Below are positions 46,431-57,107 of a stretch of DNA of 64,000 nt, in pieces. The translations under genes were made by a program, and so were the position numbers. Source of the DNA: Ignavibacteriales bacterium CG07_land_8_20_14_0_80_59_12 (GTDB taxonomy: Bacteria; Bacteroidota; Ignavibacteria; 0-14-0-80-59-12); the NCBI GenBank assembly GCA_002779395.1, contig PEWR01000091.1, positions 1,464 to 65,463 on the forward strand, written 5' to 3'. The notes below the pieces were generated by a model. The model searched no databases, was not told the DNA's origin, and saw only the letters and a list, made by a program, of their open reading frames with translations. How positions within the stretch are numbered: the first letter of the stretch is position 1; each line of letters opens with the position of its first letter.

Positions 46431-48635
46431 ATGCTCCCCATGATCCATACGGGAACCGGCACGTACGAGCGGAAGCTTGAAGAGTTGCTCCGCGTGTGCC
46501 ACCTGAACCTTTCCAGCGTGGACGACGACCTCATCCGGCGGGCGTACCAGTTTAGTTTCGCCGCGCACCGGAACGACATCCGCGCGTCTGGCGAGCCGTA
46601 CTTCAACCACCCGTACAACGTCGCCCTCATCGTCGCTCGCGAAGTCCCGCTTGACGACGTCTCCGTCGCAGCCGCTCTCATCCATGATGTCGTCGAGGAT
46701 ACCGAGTTCGAGATGAAGGATATCCGTGCCGAGTTCGGCGACACCGTCGCCGAGATCGTCGACGGGGTGACGAAGATCACCGACATCTTCCGCGGCCACA
46801 CCATCACGCAGGCCGAGAACTACCGGAAGATGCTCCTCTCCATGGTCCACGACGTGAGGGTCATCCTCATCAAGCTCGCGGACCGCCTCCACAACATGCG
46901 GACACTTGAATACCTTCCGCCCGAGAAACGGGAGCGGCTCGCCAAGGAGACTCTCGACCTCTATGCCCCGTTCGCGCACAGGTTCGGCCTCGCGAACATC
47001 AAGTGGGAGCTCGAGGACCTTGGCTTCAAGTACCTGAGGGCCAAGGAATACGACGAACTGAAGCAACAGATCAGTGCCAAACGACGGGAGCGCGAGCACT
47101 ACATTAAACGGTTCATCGAGCCCATCGAGGAGCGGCTCAAGGCGGACGGGTACAGGTTCGAAATCAGCGGGCGACCGAAGAACCTGTTCAGCATCCACAA
47201 CAAGATGATGAACCGGAACAAACCACTCGATGAGATCTACGACCTCTTTGCCATCCGGATCATCCTCGACACGAACGACAACACCGATTGCTTTGCGGTG
47301 TATGGGATCGTCTCCGAGATCTATATCCCGATCCCCGAGCGCTTCAAGAACTATATCTCGGTCCCGAAGAAGAACAGCTACCAGTCGATCCATACGACTG
47401 TCATCGGTCCGGAAGGGAAGATGGTCGAGGTGCAGATACGCACCCAAGAGATGCACGAGGTTGCCGAGCGTGGCGTCGCGGCGCACTGGAAATACAAGGA
47501 GGACGTCCTGAAGGTGGACAGGGAGCTCGAGGAATGGACGGCGTGGGTGCGGGAGATCTTCGAGCCCCGCTCGAGCGATGAGACCCAGGCGAAGCAGGTC
47601 CTCGAGAGCTTCAAGCTCAACCTCTACCAGGAGGAGATTTACCTCTTCACGCCGAAGGGGGACCTCAAGATCCTGCCTCGCGGCTCAACACCGGTCGACT
47701 TCGCCTTTGAAGTCCACTCCGATGTCGGGTACCACTGCATCGGCGCGAAGGTGAGCGGCCGCATCGTTCCTCTCAATACGATCCTCCATAGCGGCGACCA
47801 GGTTGAGGTGATCACGTCGAAGAACCAGACGCCGAGCGCCGACTGGGAGAAATTCGTCGTCACACACAAGGCGAAGGCGCACCTCCGGCGCTGGCTCAAG
47901 GAGGAGGCGCGCGCCGCCGCCGAGCGCGGAAGAGAAATCTGGGACAGGAAGCTCAAGCGGAACAAGCTCCGCCTGGGGGATGATGACTACGCGAAAATCC
48001 TGAAGGAAATGAAGCTGGAAAGCAGGCAGGCGCTCTTCGCGAAGATCGCGCAGGAGTCGATCAACCCCGACGACATAGTCCGGTTCTTCCAGCGGACCGA
48101 GGCACAGCCCGCGGCCGAACCTGCTCGAGAGCAGGCACAGAACGTCTTCACGCAATTCGTCCGGACCGCCCGGAGCACTCTCGGCGGGATCCTGCTCCCC
48201 GGGCAGCAGGCGACAGATGTCATGCACACGTACGCGAAATGCTGTAACCCGGTCCCGGGCGATGCGATCGTGGGGTACGTGACCATCGGCGAGGGGATCA
48301 AGGTACATAGGCGGTCATGCCAGAATGTCGAGCGGATGCAGATGACAGACCCAGGCAGGGTCGTCGAGGTGGGCTGGCCCCCGACGGCGGGAGAGGAGTT
48401 CCTTGCAGGCATCAGAGTCGGAGGGGAGGACAGGCCCGGGATGTTGAGCGAGATCACGCACGTGATCGCGAACTATCAGAACACGAACATCCGCGGCGTC
48501 AACCTCGACACCCACGATTCCATGTTCGAGGGCTCGATCCTCCTCTACGTCAAGGACCTCGAACACCTGCGGATCCTCATCGATCGGATAAAGAAGACCA
48601 AGGGTGTTCTCCGCGTGGAACGACTTGAGGAGTAG
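46431..48635 (+). CDS. rel: Bifunctional (p)ppGpp synthetase/hydrolase RelA/SpoT family
   Basis: HD domain (HDVVEDT), synthetase domain (RPKNLFSIHNKM), TGS domain, and C-terminal ACT domain. 734 aa. Confidence 0.9.
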   Translation: MLPMIHTGTGTYERKLEELLRVCHLNLSSVDDDLIRRAYQFSFAAHRNDIRASGEPYFNHPYNVALIVAREVPLDDVSVAAALIHDVVEDTEFEMKDIRAEFGDTVAEIVDGVTKITDIFRGHTITQAENYRKMLLSMVHDVRVILIKLADRLHNMRTLEYLPPEKRERLAKETLDLYAPFAHRFGLANIKWELEDLGFKYLRAKEYDELKQQISAKRREREHYIKRFIEPIEERLKADGYRFEISGRPKNLFSIHNKMMNRNKPLDEIYDLFAIRIILDTNDNTDCFAVYGIVSEIYIPIPERFKNYISVPKKNSYQSIHTTVIGPEGKMVEVQIRTQEMHEVAERGVAAHWKYKEDVLKVDRELEEWTAWVREIFEPRSSDETQAKQVLESFKLNLYQEEIYLFTPKGDLKILPRGSTPVDFAFEVHSDVGYHCIGAKVSGRIVPLNTILHSGDQVEVITSKNQTPSADWEKFVVTHKAKAHLRRWLKEEARAAAERGREIWDRKLKRNKLRLGDDDYAKILKEMKLESRQALFAKIAQESINPDDIVRFFQRTEAQPAAEPAREQAQNVFTQFVRTARSTLGGILLPGQQATDVMHTYAKCCNPVPGDAIVGYVTIGEGIKVHRRSCQNVERMQMTDPGRVVEVGWPPTAGEEFLAGIRVGGEDRPGMLSEITHVIANYQNTNIRGVNLDTHDSMFEGSILLYVKDLEHLRILIDRIKKTKGVLRVERLEE

Positions 48636-48650
48636 CGCGGCACCCCTCCC

Positions 48651-49115
48651 ATGACGAGAATACTCGGAGTAGACTACGGTGAGCGCCGTGTGGGGATCGC
48701 GCTGAGCGACCCGACGGGCACGATTGCCTCGCCTCTCACAACCCTTCCGAATGACGGGAGGCTACTCGCATCGTTTCGCAACATCGTTGAGGACCATAAC
48801 GTCGCGGAGATGGTCGTCGGCGAACCGCGGACGATGAAGGGGGAAGTGGGGAAGCGCGCTGAGGAGGCTCGACTCTTCGCGGCGAGGCTGAGGGAATCGT
48901 TCAGCCTCCCCGTCACGCTCTGGGACGAGCGGCTCACGTCGGTCCGAGCGCACCAGTCAATGCTCGAAATGGGGATGAAGAAGAAGCAGCGCGCGGAGAA
49001 ATCCTCCGTCGACCAGATTGCGGCAGCACTTCTTCTTCAGAACTACCTCGATGCCGCCCGGATCCGCTCTCAGCGCGAAGCCCTCAAACGGAGCGGAGAG
49101 GGGACGGAGCTGTAA
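48651..49115 (+). CDS. ruvX: Holliday-junction resolvase-like nuclease RuvX/YqgF
   Basis: MTRILGVDYGERRVGIALSD is the canonical YqgF N-terminus. Confidence 0.85.
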   Translation: MTRILGVDYGERRVGIALSDPTGTIASPLTTLPNDGRLLASFRNIVEDHNVAEMVVGEPRTMKGEVGKRAEEARLFAARLRESFSLPVTLWDERLTSVRAHQSMLEMGMKKKQRAEKSSVDQIAAALLLQNYLDAARIRSQREALKRSGEGTEL

Positions 49116-49116
49116 G

Positions 49117-49827
49117 ATGCGTGTTCTCGCTTCCTGGGTGTGGCACCACAAGATCGGATCGCTGTGCCTCCTTGTCCTTCTCTTCGTCGCGCTCGAAGTC
49201 GGCACGCTTCCGTTCGTTGAAATTGCGGTCCTCCGGACGGTGAACCCGCAGCGGACTGCGATGATGGATGACCGCATCGCCGAGGCGAAGGCCGACGGCC
49301 ATGCGTACAAAATCCGCCAGCAGTGGGTGCGGCTCGGCAGCATCTCCCCGGACCTTATCCACGCGGCGATCACCGGGGAGGACGGCATGTTCTACCAGCA
49401 CAGTGGGATCGACTGGTACGAGGTCCAGAAGTCGATGGAGATCAACTGGGAGGAGGGAGAGATCGTCCGCGGCGCGAGCACGATCACGCAGCAGCTCGCG
49501 AAGAACCTGTTCCTCTCGTCGTCGCGGAACCCGCTCCGGAAACTCCGGGAGGTCCTTATCACATACCTCCTCGAATGGCAGCTTTCGAAGAACCGGATCC
49601 TTGAACTATACCTCAACATTGCGGAGTGGGGGGACGGGATCTTCGGCGCCGAGATGGCGTCGCGAACGTACTTCGGCATCCCGGCCAGGTCGCTTTCACG
49701 CGAACAGGCCGCCCGCCTGGCGGCTGTTCTGCCGAGTCCGATCCGGCACAGGCCGAACAGCGACCAGCGTTTCGTCGTGCGCCGGGCCGCAATTATCCTG
49801 AGGCGGATGAACGCGCGGTCCTATTGA
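49117..49827 (+). CDS. mtgA: Monofunctional peptidoglycan glycosyltransferase (GT51)
   Basis: N-terminal TM anchor, GT51 motifs EDGMFYQHSGID, GASTITQQLAKN, RKLREVL. Start at ATG 49117. Confidence 0.8.
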   Translation: MRVLASWVWHHKIGSLCLLVLLFVALEVGTLPFVEIAVLRTVNPQRTAMMDDRIAEAKADGHAYKIRQQWVRLGSISPDLIHAAITGEDGMFYQHSGIDWYEVQKSMEINWEEGEIVRGASTITQQLAKNLFLSSSRNPLRKLREVLITYLLEWQLSKNRILELYLNIAEWGDGIFGAEMASRTYFGIPARSLSREQAARLAAVLPSPIRHRPNSDQRFVVRRAAIILRRMNARSY

Positions 49828-49846
49828 CGATCCTTGGAAATGGCAC

Positions 49847-50524
49847 ATGAACTTGAATGAACTCCTGGAGCTGATCGAGGGTGGCGAAGGGTTTCACGTG
49901 GAGTTCAAACGGAAGGTCCCGTCTCCACGGAAGATTGCCAAGTCCTTGATTGCTTTCGCGAACACGAAGGGAGGTTGCATCCTCTTTGGAGTGGACGACG
50001 ACGGATCAATCGTCGGGGTCGAAAGCGAGAAGGAAGAGATCGAACTCGTGAGAACCTCGGGTGAGCAGTTCTGCTCGCCGCCGATTGCCGTCACCGCGGA
50101 CATCATTAGTTACCGCGGCAAGGATGTTATTGTGGCGATGGTGGCCGAGAGCCGGTCAAAGCCTCACTTCTTCGTCGATGACGGGAATAAGGGCGAGCCG
50201 CCGCGGGCGTACATCCGGGTGAACGACAAGTCGGTCATCGCCAGCCGTGAGGTTGTCCGGATCCTCAAAGACGAAGACCCGGACGCACCGCCTCTCCGCC
50301 TCTCTGTAGGGGAGAATGAGCGGCGGCTCTTCGCATACTTCGACGAACATGAGCAGATTACCCTGCGGGAATTTGCGCACCTCGTAAACATCTCGGAGAG
50401 GCGCGCCTCGCGGATCCTCGTCCAGCTCGTGAGGGCCGGGGTTCTCAGGATTCATACGCTCGAGAAGGAGGACTTCTACACGCTCGCGAAGGAACCCGGG
50501 GAGACTGATTTGCCTCAGCGGTGA
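49847..50524 (+). CDS. AlbA_2/Schlafen-like putative DNA-binding domain protein with C-terminal wHTH
   Basis: LELIEGGEGFHVEFKRKV...IAFANTKGGCILFGVDDDGSIVGV is typical of the AlbA_2 domain (often mis-annotated as RecG-like). C-terminal HTH-like region. Confidence 0.6.
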   Translation: MNLNELLELIEGGEGFHVEFKRKVPSPRKIAKSLIAFANTKGGCILFGVDDDGSIVGVESEKEEIELVRTSGEQFCSPPIAVTADIISYRGKDVIVAMVAESRSKPHFFVDDGNKGEPPRAYIRVNDKSVIASREVVRILKDEDPDAPPLRLSVGENERRLFAYFDEHEQITLREFAHLVNISERRASRILVQLVRAGVLRIHTLEKEDFYTLAKEPGETDLPQR

Positions 50525-51063
50525 TCTGTGCCCGCGCGGCAGATGCGTGCAAGCTCAAAGAGTGCGATCCCGTAGGCGACGGCCACGTTGAGGGACTGCT
50601 TCATGCCGGCCATCGGGATCTCGATGGCGAGGGAGGCGAGGTTGAGGATTTCCTTGGAGATGCCCGAGATCTCGTTTCCCACGACCAGTGCAAGAGGAAA
50701 CGCTGAGCGCGGCATCTCTGTGTAGGGAATGGACGCGTCCGTGATTTCGAGCGCACAGACGGTGACGCCGCGCGCGAGAAGTGCTTCGATTGGTGGGACG
50801 GGGTCGCGCGAGTATTCCCACGGCACCGTCTGCGTCGCGCCGAGAGCGGTCTTTTCGATCTCGGGCCTCGGCGGGTGAGGCGTGAACCCGGTGAGGATCA
50901 AACGCTCGACCCGCGCCCCATCGGAGGTTCGGAAGATCGATCCGACATTGTAGAGGCTCCGGACGCTGTCGACAACGGCAATGATGGGCAATCGCTCGGC
51001 GCTCTTCATCTGCTCTGTCGTCAGCCGCCGGCTCCTGATCTCATCGTATGTGAGTTTCCGCAT
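50515..51063 (-). CDS. SpoU/TrmH family RNA 2'-O-methyltransferase
   Basis: SPOUT motifs: LVVGNEISGIS and the C-terminal IPMAGMKQSLNVAVA block. Confidence 0.8.
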   Translation of the reverse strand: MRKLTYDEIRSRRLTTEQMKSAERLPIIAVVDSVRSLYNVGSIFRTSDGARVERLILTGFTPHPPRPEIEKTALGATQTVPWEYSRDPVPPIEALLARGVTVCALEITDASIPYTEMPRSAFPLALVVGNEISGISKEILNLASLAIEIPMAGMKQSLNVAVAYGIALFELARICRAGTDHR

Positions 51064-51107
51064 CGCAGGTTCCGCCCGTTCTACAGAAAAATTTAGGAGA
51101 GGTAACT

Positions 51108-51722
51108 ATGAGACGCAAGCTTGCAGTGATCGCAGCGGTGACGATGGTACTATCCGGTTGCGCGACGGTGAAGCAGGCGATGGAGGGCGTCCAGCCGGTC
51201 CAGACTGTCAAGAACCTCCAGTTCAAGTTGACGTCCGTCTCAAACTTCAGGCTTTCCGGGATTTCGCTCTCATCCATGTCGTCTTACAGCGACCTTCGTC
51301 TCGGTGATGTCGCCCGCGTTGCATCGGACTTTGCGACGGAGCGAATGCCCGTGCAGTTCACACTGAACACAGACGTCCGCAACCCGAACACGTCAAGCTC
51401 AGGCTTCTCCCTCGTCCTCAGGGACCTCCGGTGGCGGCTTGTCATCGACACCTCGTTTGCTGTGAGCGGCAACGTGACAGGCCCGCTTCGGGTCCCCGAA
51501 GGGGGGACATCCGTCAACGTCCCCGTCCCGATGGAGCTCGACCTCATGAAGACATTCCGGGGCCACAGTCTGAAAGGGCTTGTAAACCTTGCGATGGCCA
51601 TCGGCGGTGTGAATGGATCGGCGTCGCGTCTCCGGCTCTTCGTACAGCCAAGCGTCGACGGTCCATTCGGGGCGATCCGGTATCCGGGCGAAATTGAGGT
51701 GGTGGACAAGGAGTTCCGCTGA
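51108..51722 (+). CDS. Lipoprotein of unknown function
   Basis: MRRKLAVIAAVTMVLSGC has a perfect lipobox. 204 aa, Ser/Val-rich beta-type sequence. Confidence 0.5.
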   Translation: MRRKLAVIAAVTMVLSGCATVKQAMEGVQPVQTVKNLQFKLTSVSNFRLSGISLSSMSSYSDLRLGDVARVASDFATERMPVQFTLNTDVRNPNTSSSGFSLVLRDLRWRLVIDTSFAVSGNVTGPLRVPEGGTSVNVPVPMELDLMKTFRGHSLKGLVNLAMAIGGVNGSASRLRLFVQPSVDGPFGAIRYPGEIEVVDKEFR

Positions 51723-51868
51723 TTTCGGTGTGCGCGGTGCACTGAGGCCGGGACGCATTGTGCGCGGAAATCTTCGCGGATTGACCGGATGAGCCCTTCC
51801 TGGGAATCTAGCAAGGGAGCTGGAATTGTTTGATTCGGGAGGGGCTTTTTGATATATTTATATACTTT

Positions 51869-52600
51869 ATGGTCAACTACGAAGGCGCGCGAAAACGCGG
51901 GATTATCGTCGCGATCGACGGGACAGCCGGCTGCGGGAAAAGCACGACCGCCAAAGCGGTGGCTCGTTCACTCGGGTACCTCTATCTTGACACCGGAGCG
52001 ATGTACAGGGCGTTCGCCCTCAAAGTCCTCCGCTCGGGAATTCCGCTCGGGGAAACTTCTTCAATCGGCTCTCTCGCAGAGAAGACGTACGTCACTCTCG
52101 GAAACGATGACGGAGAGATCAGCGTTTTTCTCGATGGCGAGGACGTCACAGCGCTCATTCGCAGCCCTGAGATCTCATCCGCCGCAAGTGTGATCAGCGC
52201 TGTCAAGCACGTCCGTGAAGTCCTCGCGAACCAGCAGAGGAAGATCGGCGAGGCCGGCGGCGTTGTAGCGGAAGGGCGCGACATGGGGACGGTGGTGTTT
52301 CCCGTTGCCGGGCTGAAGATATTCATGACGGCGTCGCTGGAAGAACGAGCTAAACGCCGCAGACGGGAGCTTCAGCTCCGCGGCATCGAAGTGTCGGACC
52401 AGGCGGTGCTCGAGGAATTGAAGACGCGTGATGAACGCGACACATCCCGCGCGAACAGTCCGCTCCGACGCGCGCCTGAGGCCGTTGAGATCGACACGAC
52501 ATCGCTCACGATTGAGGAGCAGGTTGCGCGCGTGTTGAGCCTCGTGAAGGAGCACACAATACCCGAAGAAGCAAGAGAGAAAATGCGCGATGGTTGTTGA
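51869..52600 (+). CDS. cmk: Cytidylate kinase
   Basis: IIVAIDGTAGCGKST P-loop, CMP-binding residues, conserved cmk-ispH-rpsA gene order. An alternative TTG start lies at 51830. Confidence 0.8.
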   Translation: MVNYEGARKRGIIVAIDGTAGCGKSTTAKAVARSLGYLYLDTGAMYRAFALKVLRSGIPLGETSSIGSLAEKTYVTLGNDDGEISVFLDGEDVTALIRSPEISSAASVISAVKHVREVLANQQRKIGEAGGVVAEGRDMGTVVFPVAGLKIFMTASLEERAKRRRRELQLRGIEVSDQAVLEELKTRDERDTSRANSPLRRAPEAVEIDTTSLTIEEQVARVLSLVKEHTIPEEAREKMRDGC

Positions 52601-53498
52601 AGTGGATGGACACGCCGGGTTCTGCTGGGGCGTCGTGAGAGCCGTCGACATCGCCGAGCGGACGATGGAAGCGAACGGCGAGCTCTTCTGTCTCGGTGAC
52701 ATCATCCACAACCCGGAAGAGATCAAGCGCCTCGAGGCAAAGGGGCTCAGAACGATCACACACGCGGACCTGAAGAACCTCGGCGGGAAACATGTGCTGT
52801 TGCGCGCCCACGGCGAGCCGCCGGGCACCTTCGAGCTTGCCCGGCAGTACAATATCACGATCGTCGATGCAACGTGCCCTGTGGTATCGAAGGTGCAGGA
52901 ACGCATCCGGAAGTTCTATGACGCAGGCTACCAAATCGCGATCTTCGGCAAGGCCGAGCACGCGGAAGTCGTGGGGCTGCTCGGGCAGACAAAGGGCGAT
53001 GCGATCGTTGTGAAGTCCGTTGAGGAAATCGATAAGATTGATCTCCGGCGGAAAACGGTGCTGTTCTCGCAGACGACGATGGACAAGGGGGGCTTCCATC
53101 TCCTCAAGGAAGAACTTCAGAGAAGGGTGAAGGAACTCGTCGTCGCGTCGACGGAGGAGACCGCCGAAGAGCATTTCCGAGCGAAGGACACCATCTGCGG
53201 ACAGGTCTTTGGCCGCGACCGGAAGCTCCGCATCTTCGCTCGTGAACACGACGTCGTGGTGTTTGTCGCCGGACGGAAAAGTTCGAACGGAAAGGTCCTC
53301 TTCGAGATGTGCCGCGAGGAGAATTCACGAACACATTTCGTGGAACGCGGAGAAGAGGTCGATCCTTTGTGGTTTGCGGGTGCAGCCCGCGTCGGTGTGA
53401 CAGGGGCGACGTCGACACCACAATGGCTGATGGAGGAAGTGAGGAAGTCAATTGAAGTGCTGTCCGAGGCCCCGCGGGGCACGGCAGCGGCCGGATGA
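52590..53498 (+). CDS. ispH: 4-hydroxy-3-methylbut-2-enyl diphosphate reductase
   Basis: GFCWGVVRAV, conserved Cys ligands (CPVVSKV...), LytB fold. Confidence 0.85.
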   Translation: MVVEVDGHAGFCWGVVRAVDIAERTMEANGELFCLGDIIHNPEEIKRLEAKGLRTITHADLKNLGGKHVLLRAHGEPPGTFELARQYNITIVDATCPVVSKVQERIRKFYDAGYQIAIFGKAEHAEVVGLLGQTKGDAIVVKSVEEIDKIDLRRKTVLFSQTTMDKGGFHLLKEELQRRVKELVVASTEETAEEHFRAKDTICGQVFGRDRKLRIFAREHDVVVFVAGRKSSNGKVLFEMCREENSRTHFVERGEEVDPLWFAGAARVGVTGATSTPQWLMEEVRKSIEVLSEAPRGTAAAG

Positions 53499-53633
53499 CG
53501 ACACAGCTCCGGCACGTGTTTGCGCGAAGCCGCCGCCCGATAACCTATGTACAACAACAAACAATGTCTTTCTCTGCCGAACGGCTTTCGAGGCGGCTTC
53601 CGCCGCGGAGCAGCGAGGGACTAGATCGGCCAA

Positions 53634-53662
53634 CCAGACGGACCGCGTAGTGGTCCGTCTGG
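53634..53662 (+). other. Perfect 11-bp stem / 7-nt loop hairpin in the ispH-rpsA intergenic region (candidate rpsA leader structure)
   Basis: CCAGACGGACC-gcgtagt-GGTCCGTCTGG, read directly. No U-tract follows. Lies 17 nt upstream of the rpsA Shine-Dalgarno GGAGG. Confidence 0.6.
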
Positions 53663-53687
53663 TGGCGGATCGGCTCTTGGAGGTTGA

Positions 53688-55655
53688 ATGACAGACGAAC
53701 AGACGCAGGAGAACGTCGGTGGACAGGAAGCCACCGGGCAGGAACAGCGTGTTCCGCAGCATCAGACCCCGGTGGCGAAGGCGTCGGCAAAGTCGTCGAC
53801 GGACATGACTGAGCGCGAGTACAGCCCCGAAGAGCGCTCGACGCTCATGGAGATGATCGACAAGGCGACAGGGAAGTTCTCGGAAGGCGAAGTCGTTCAC
53901 GGCCGGATCGTCGCCATTCTTGGCAACGACGTCGTCGTTGACATAGGTTTCAAGTCGGAGGGGATCGTTCCGCTCGCCGAGTTCACATCCCTTGAGGAAG
54001 TGAAGGTCGGAAACGAGGTGGAAGTCTACTTGCAGAGCGTGGAGGACAAGGACGGCCGCCTCATCCTCTCCCGGAAGCGCGTCGATTTCATGCGCGTATG
54101 GGAAAAAGTCAGTCGCGCTTTCGAAACCGGCGAGATCCTCCAGGGGCGAATCGCCCGGCGCATCAAAGGCGGCATGGTGGTGGACCTTATGGGCGTCGAG
54201 GCGTTCCTGCCCGGGTCGCAGATCGATGTCCGTCCGGTGCGTGACTTCGACTCCCTCATCGGGAAGATGATGGATTTCCGTGTCGTGAAGGTGAACCAGC
54301 CCACCGAGAACGTTGTTGTCAGCCACCGCGTCATTGTCGAGGAATCGCTCGCCGGCCAGCGAAAGGCAATCCTCGAAAAGCTCGAGAAGACGCAGGTCCT
54401 CGAAGGGACAGTGAAGGCGATCACGGACTTCGGTGCTTTCATCGACCTCGGCGGCGTCGACGGCCTCGTCCATATTACCGACCTCTCCTGGGGCCGCATC
54501 GGCCACCCCTCCGAGATTGTGAAGCTCGACCAGACGGTGAACGTCGTTGTCCTTGACTTCGACGAGGCGAAGAAGAGAATCTCGCTCGGCTACAAGCAGC
54601 TACAGCCGCATCCGTGGGAAAACATCGAGACACGCTACCCGGTCGGGACGAAGATCAACGGTAAGGTCGTCTCGCTCACAGACTACGGCGCATTCGTGGA
54701 GATCGAGCACGGCATCGAGGGACTCATCCACGTCTCCGAGATGAGCTGGACGCAGCACATCAAGCACCCGTCCCAGGTCGTCTCCATGGGACAGATGATC
54801 GATGCCGTGATCCTGAGCGTCGACAAGGACAAGCGGCGCATTTCGCTCGGCATGAAGCAGCTCGAGCCGGATCCGTGGGAGAAGATCATGGAGAAGTACC
54901 CCGTCGGATCCCAGCACACTGGGACGGTCCGGAACCTCACGAACTTCGGTGTGTTTGTCGAGCTCGAGGAGGGGATCGACGGCCTCGTTCACATCTCTGA
55001 CCTGTCATGGACGAAGAAAGTCCGTCACCCCGGTGAGCTCGTAAAAAAGGGTCAGCGTCTTGATGTCGTCATCCTCGGCATCGACAAGGACCAGCGGCGG
55101 ATCTCCCTCGGGCATAAGCAGGTCTCCGGCAACCCGTGGGATACGTTCGCGAGCACCTACCGCGCCGGAACGGAGACCGAAGGGAAGATCGTCCGCGTCA
55201 TTGAGAAGGGCGTCATCGTCGAGCTCCCGGAGGGAGTCGATGGGTTCGTCCCGCTCTCGCACCTATCGATGACACCCGTGAAGAACATCGGCGACGCGTT
55301 CAAGGTGGGCGACGCACTTCCGTTGAAGGTCATCGAGTTTGATGCCGACTCCAAGAAGATCGTCCTCTCGGTCCTTGAATACCTGAGGGATAAGGAGCAG
55401 AAACTCGTCGACGAGTATTCACGGAAGCATCGGCTCACGCCTGTGACGATGAAGGATGTTGTGGAAGTGGCTCCCGGGGTGGAGACGGATGAAGTACCGT
55501 CCGATTCCGCTGCCGCAGCGCCAGCTCAAGAGCAGCCCGCTGCTGAATCGCCGGCAGCGGCCGACTCGCTGGCTTCTCCGGAGGCAAAGTCAGAGGAGGC
55601 AACCGAAGGGGATCCCGGGCCGAATCCTGAGGCGAATCCTCCCGTCGACTCGTAG
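53688..55655 (+). CDS. rpsA: 30S ribosomal protein S1 (six S1 domains) with acidic/Pro-Ala-rich C-terminal tail
   Basis: Repeated S1-domain pattern (G.V.G.V..I..FGAFV.L..G..GL.H.S). 655 aa. Follows cmk-ispH. Confidence 0.9.
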   Translation: MTDEQTQENVGGQEATGQEQRVPQHQTPVAKASAKSSTDMTEREYSPEERSTLMEMIDKATGKFSEGEVVHGRIVAILGNDVVVDIGFKSEGIVPLAEFTSLEEVKVGNEVEVYLQSVEDKDGRLILSRKRVDFMRVWEKVSRAFETGEILQGRIARRIKGGMVVDLMGVEAFLPGSQIDVRPVRDFDSLIGKMMDFRVVKVNQPTENVVVSHRVIVEESLAGQRKAILEKLEKTQVLEGTVKAITDFGAFIDLGGVDGLVHITDLSWGRIGHPSEIVKLDQTVNVVVLDFDEAKKRISLGYKQLQPHPWENIETRYPVGTKINGKVVSLTDYGAFVEIEHGIEGLIHVSEMSWTQHIKHPSQVVSMGQMIDAVILSVDKDKRRISLGMKQLEPDPWEKIMEKYPVGSQHTGTVRNLTNFGVFVELEEGIDGLVHISDLSWTKKVRHPGELVKKGQRLDVVILGIDKDQRRISLGHKQVSGNPWDTFASTYRAGTETEGKIVRVIEKGVIVELPEGVDGFVPLSHLSMTPVKNIGDAFKVGDALPLKVIEFDADSKKIVLSVLEYLRDKEQKLVDEYSRKHRLTPVTMKDVVEVAPGVETDEVPSDSAAAAPAQEQPAAESPAAADSLASPEAKSEEATEGDPGPNPEANPPVDS

Positions 55656-55781
55656 CGTCCGGGCACCGCAGGCAGCATCGATCCGTTGTCTGGAGAACCT
55701 GGCAGGTCCATGAGATCTGCCAGGTTTTCAGTATCGGGGCTTGCTGCAGTTGTACAAGGGAAGGAATCCTCCGAGGAAAGA

Positions 55782-57107
55782 ATGAAGACCGTCGGGATCC
55801 ACACGCTCGGCTGCAAACTGAACTATGCCGAGAGCGCCGGCGTCGCTGCCGCCTTCACCCGGAACGGTTTTGCACTCGCAGTTGACGGTGAGCATGCCGA
55901 CGTGTGGATCATTAACACGTGCAGTGTGACGGGGAGTGCCGACCGGGAGTGCCGTCAGGTCATCCGGCGAATCCGCCGCCGGGCGCCGGACGCCTTTATC
56001 GTGGTGACGGGATGCTATGCGCAGCTTCATCCCGAGCTGGCAGCGTCGCTCGACGGCGTCGATGCGGTTGTCGGCTCCCGGGAGAAAGGCCGCCTCTTTG
56101 AGCTCATCACCGACTTCCGCAGGCGCGACGTCCCGCTTGTTCTCGTCTCACCGGGTGACGACACGCACTTCTGGGGAGCGGACTCGAGCGGCTTTGGTGG
56201 GCGTACGCGCGCGTTCCTGAAGATCCAGGACGGCTGCGACTACAATTGTTCGTACTGTGTCATTCCGCAAGCGCGCGGGAGGTCGAGAAGTGAAAGCCCC
56301 GGGGCCGTGGAGGACCGCGCGCGGGCGGTTGTCGTGCGAGGATACAAGGAGATCGTTCTCACCGGCGTGAACGTGGGGGACTATGGCAGAACGTCGGGTT
56401 GGAGCTTCCATGACCTCCTTTGCAGGCTTGAGGAGATTGAAGGCCTTCGTCGCCTCCGCATCAGCTCCATTGAGCCGAACCTGCTCACAGACGAGATCCT
56501 GCAGCTCGCGAGCAGGTCGTCGAGGATCGCCCCCCACTTCCACATCCCTCTCCAGAGCGGAAGCAATTCCGTCCTTGGGAGGATGCGGCGAAGATACCGC
56601 AAGGAATTCTACCGGGACCGCGTCGATGCCGTCCTCTCCCACCTTCCGCAGGCGGGGATCGGCGTCGATGTGATCGTCGGATTCCCGGGGGAGACTGTCG
56701 ATGAGTTCGAGGAAACACATCGCTTCCTCAGCGAGCTTCCCGCATCCTACTTCCACGTCTTCAGTTACTCAGAGCGCGAGAATACGCCTGCCGCAGCGAT
56801 GGGACGGGTCGTGCCCGTGGAGGAGAGGGCCCGGCGGAGCGCCATGCTGAGAATGCTCGGCGCGGAAAAGAAGAAGCAATTCGCCCTCAAGTTCGTCGGT
56901 TCGGTGCTTCCCGTCCTTCTGGAGAGCGACTACTCGAAGGATGGGGCGGCGATGTTCGGCCTGGCGCCAAACTATCTTCGCGTCCGGGTCGATGCAGATG
57001 CCGCGCTGGAGAACGAGATCGTGCCTGTGGTCATTGATGGTTACTCCGGCGGTGCGGCTTGCGGCTGGTTGCAGAAGCGGGAAGGGGAGAAGGGGAGAGA
57101 GTCGTGA
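55782..57107 (+). CDS. mtaB: Radical-SAM methylthiotransferase, MiaB/MtaB family
   Basis: UPF0004 N-terminal Cys cluster (GCKLN...NTCSVT...VTGC), radical SAM CDYNCSYC, C-terminal TRAM-like domain. Start at ATG 55782. Confidence 0.8.
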   Translation: MKTVGIHTLGCKLNYAESAGVAAAFTRNGFALAVDGEHADVWIINTCSVTGSADRECRQVIRRIRRRAPDAFIVVTGCYAQLHPELAASLDGVDAVVGSREKGRLFELITDFRRRDVPLVLVSPGDDTHFWGADSSGFGGRTRAFLKIQDGCDYNCSYCVIPQARGRSRSESPGAVEDRARAVVVRGYKEIVLTGVNVGDYGRTSGWSFHDLLCRLEEIEGLRRLRISSIEPNLLTDEILQLASRSSRIAPHFHIPLQSGSNSVLGRMRRRYRKEFYRDRVDAVLSHLPQAGIGVDVIVGFPGETVDEFEETHRFLSELPASYFHVFSYSERENTPAAAMGRVVPVEERARRSAMLRMLGAEKKKQFALKFVGSVLPVLLESDYSKDGAAMFGLAPNYLRVRVDADAALENEIVPVVIDGYSGGAACGWLQKREGEKGRES

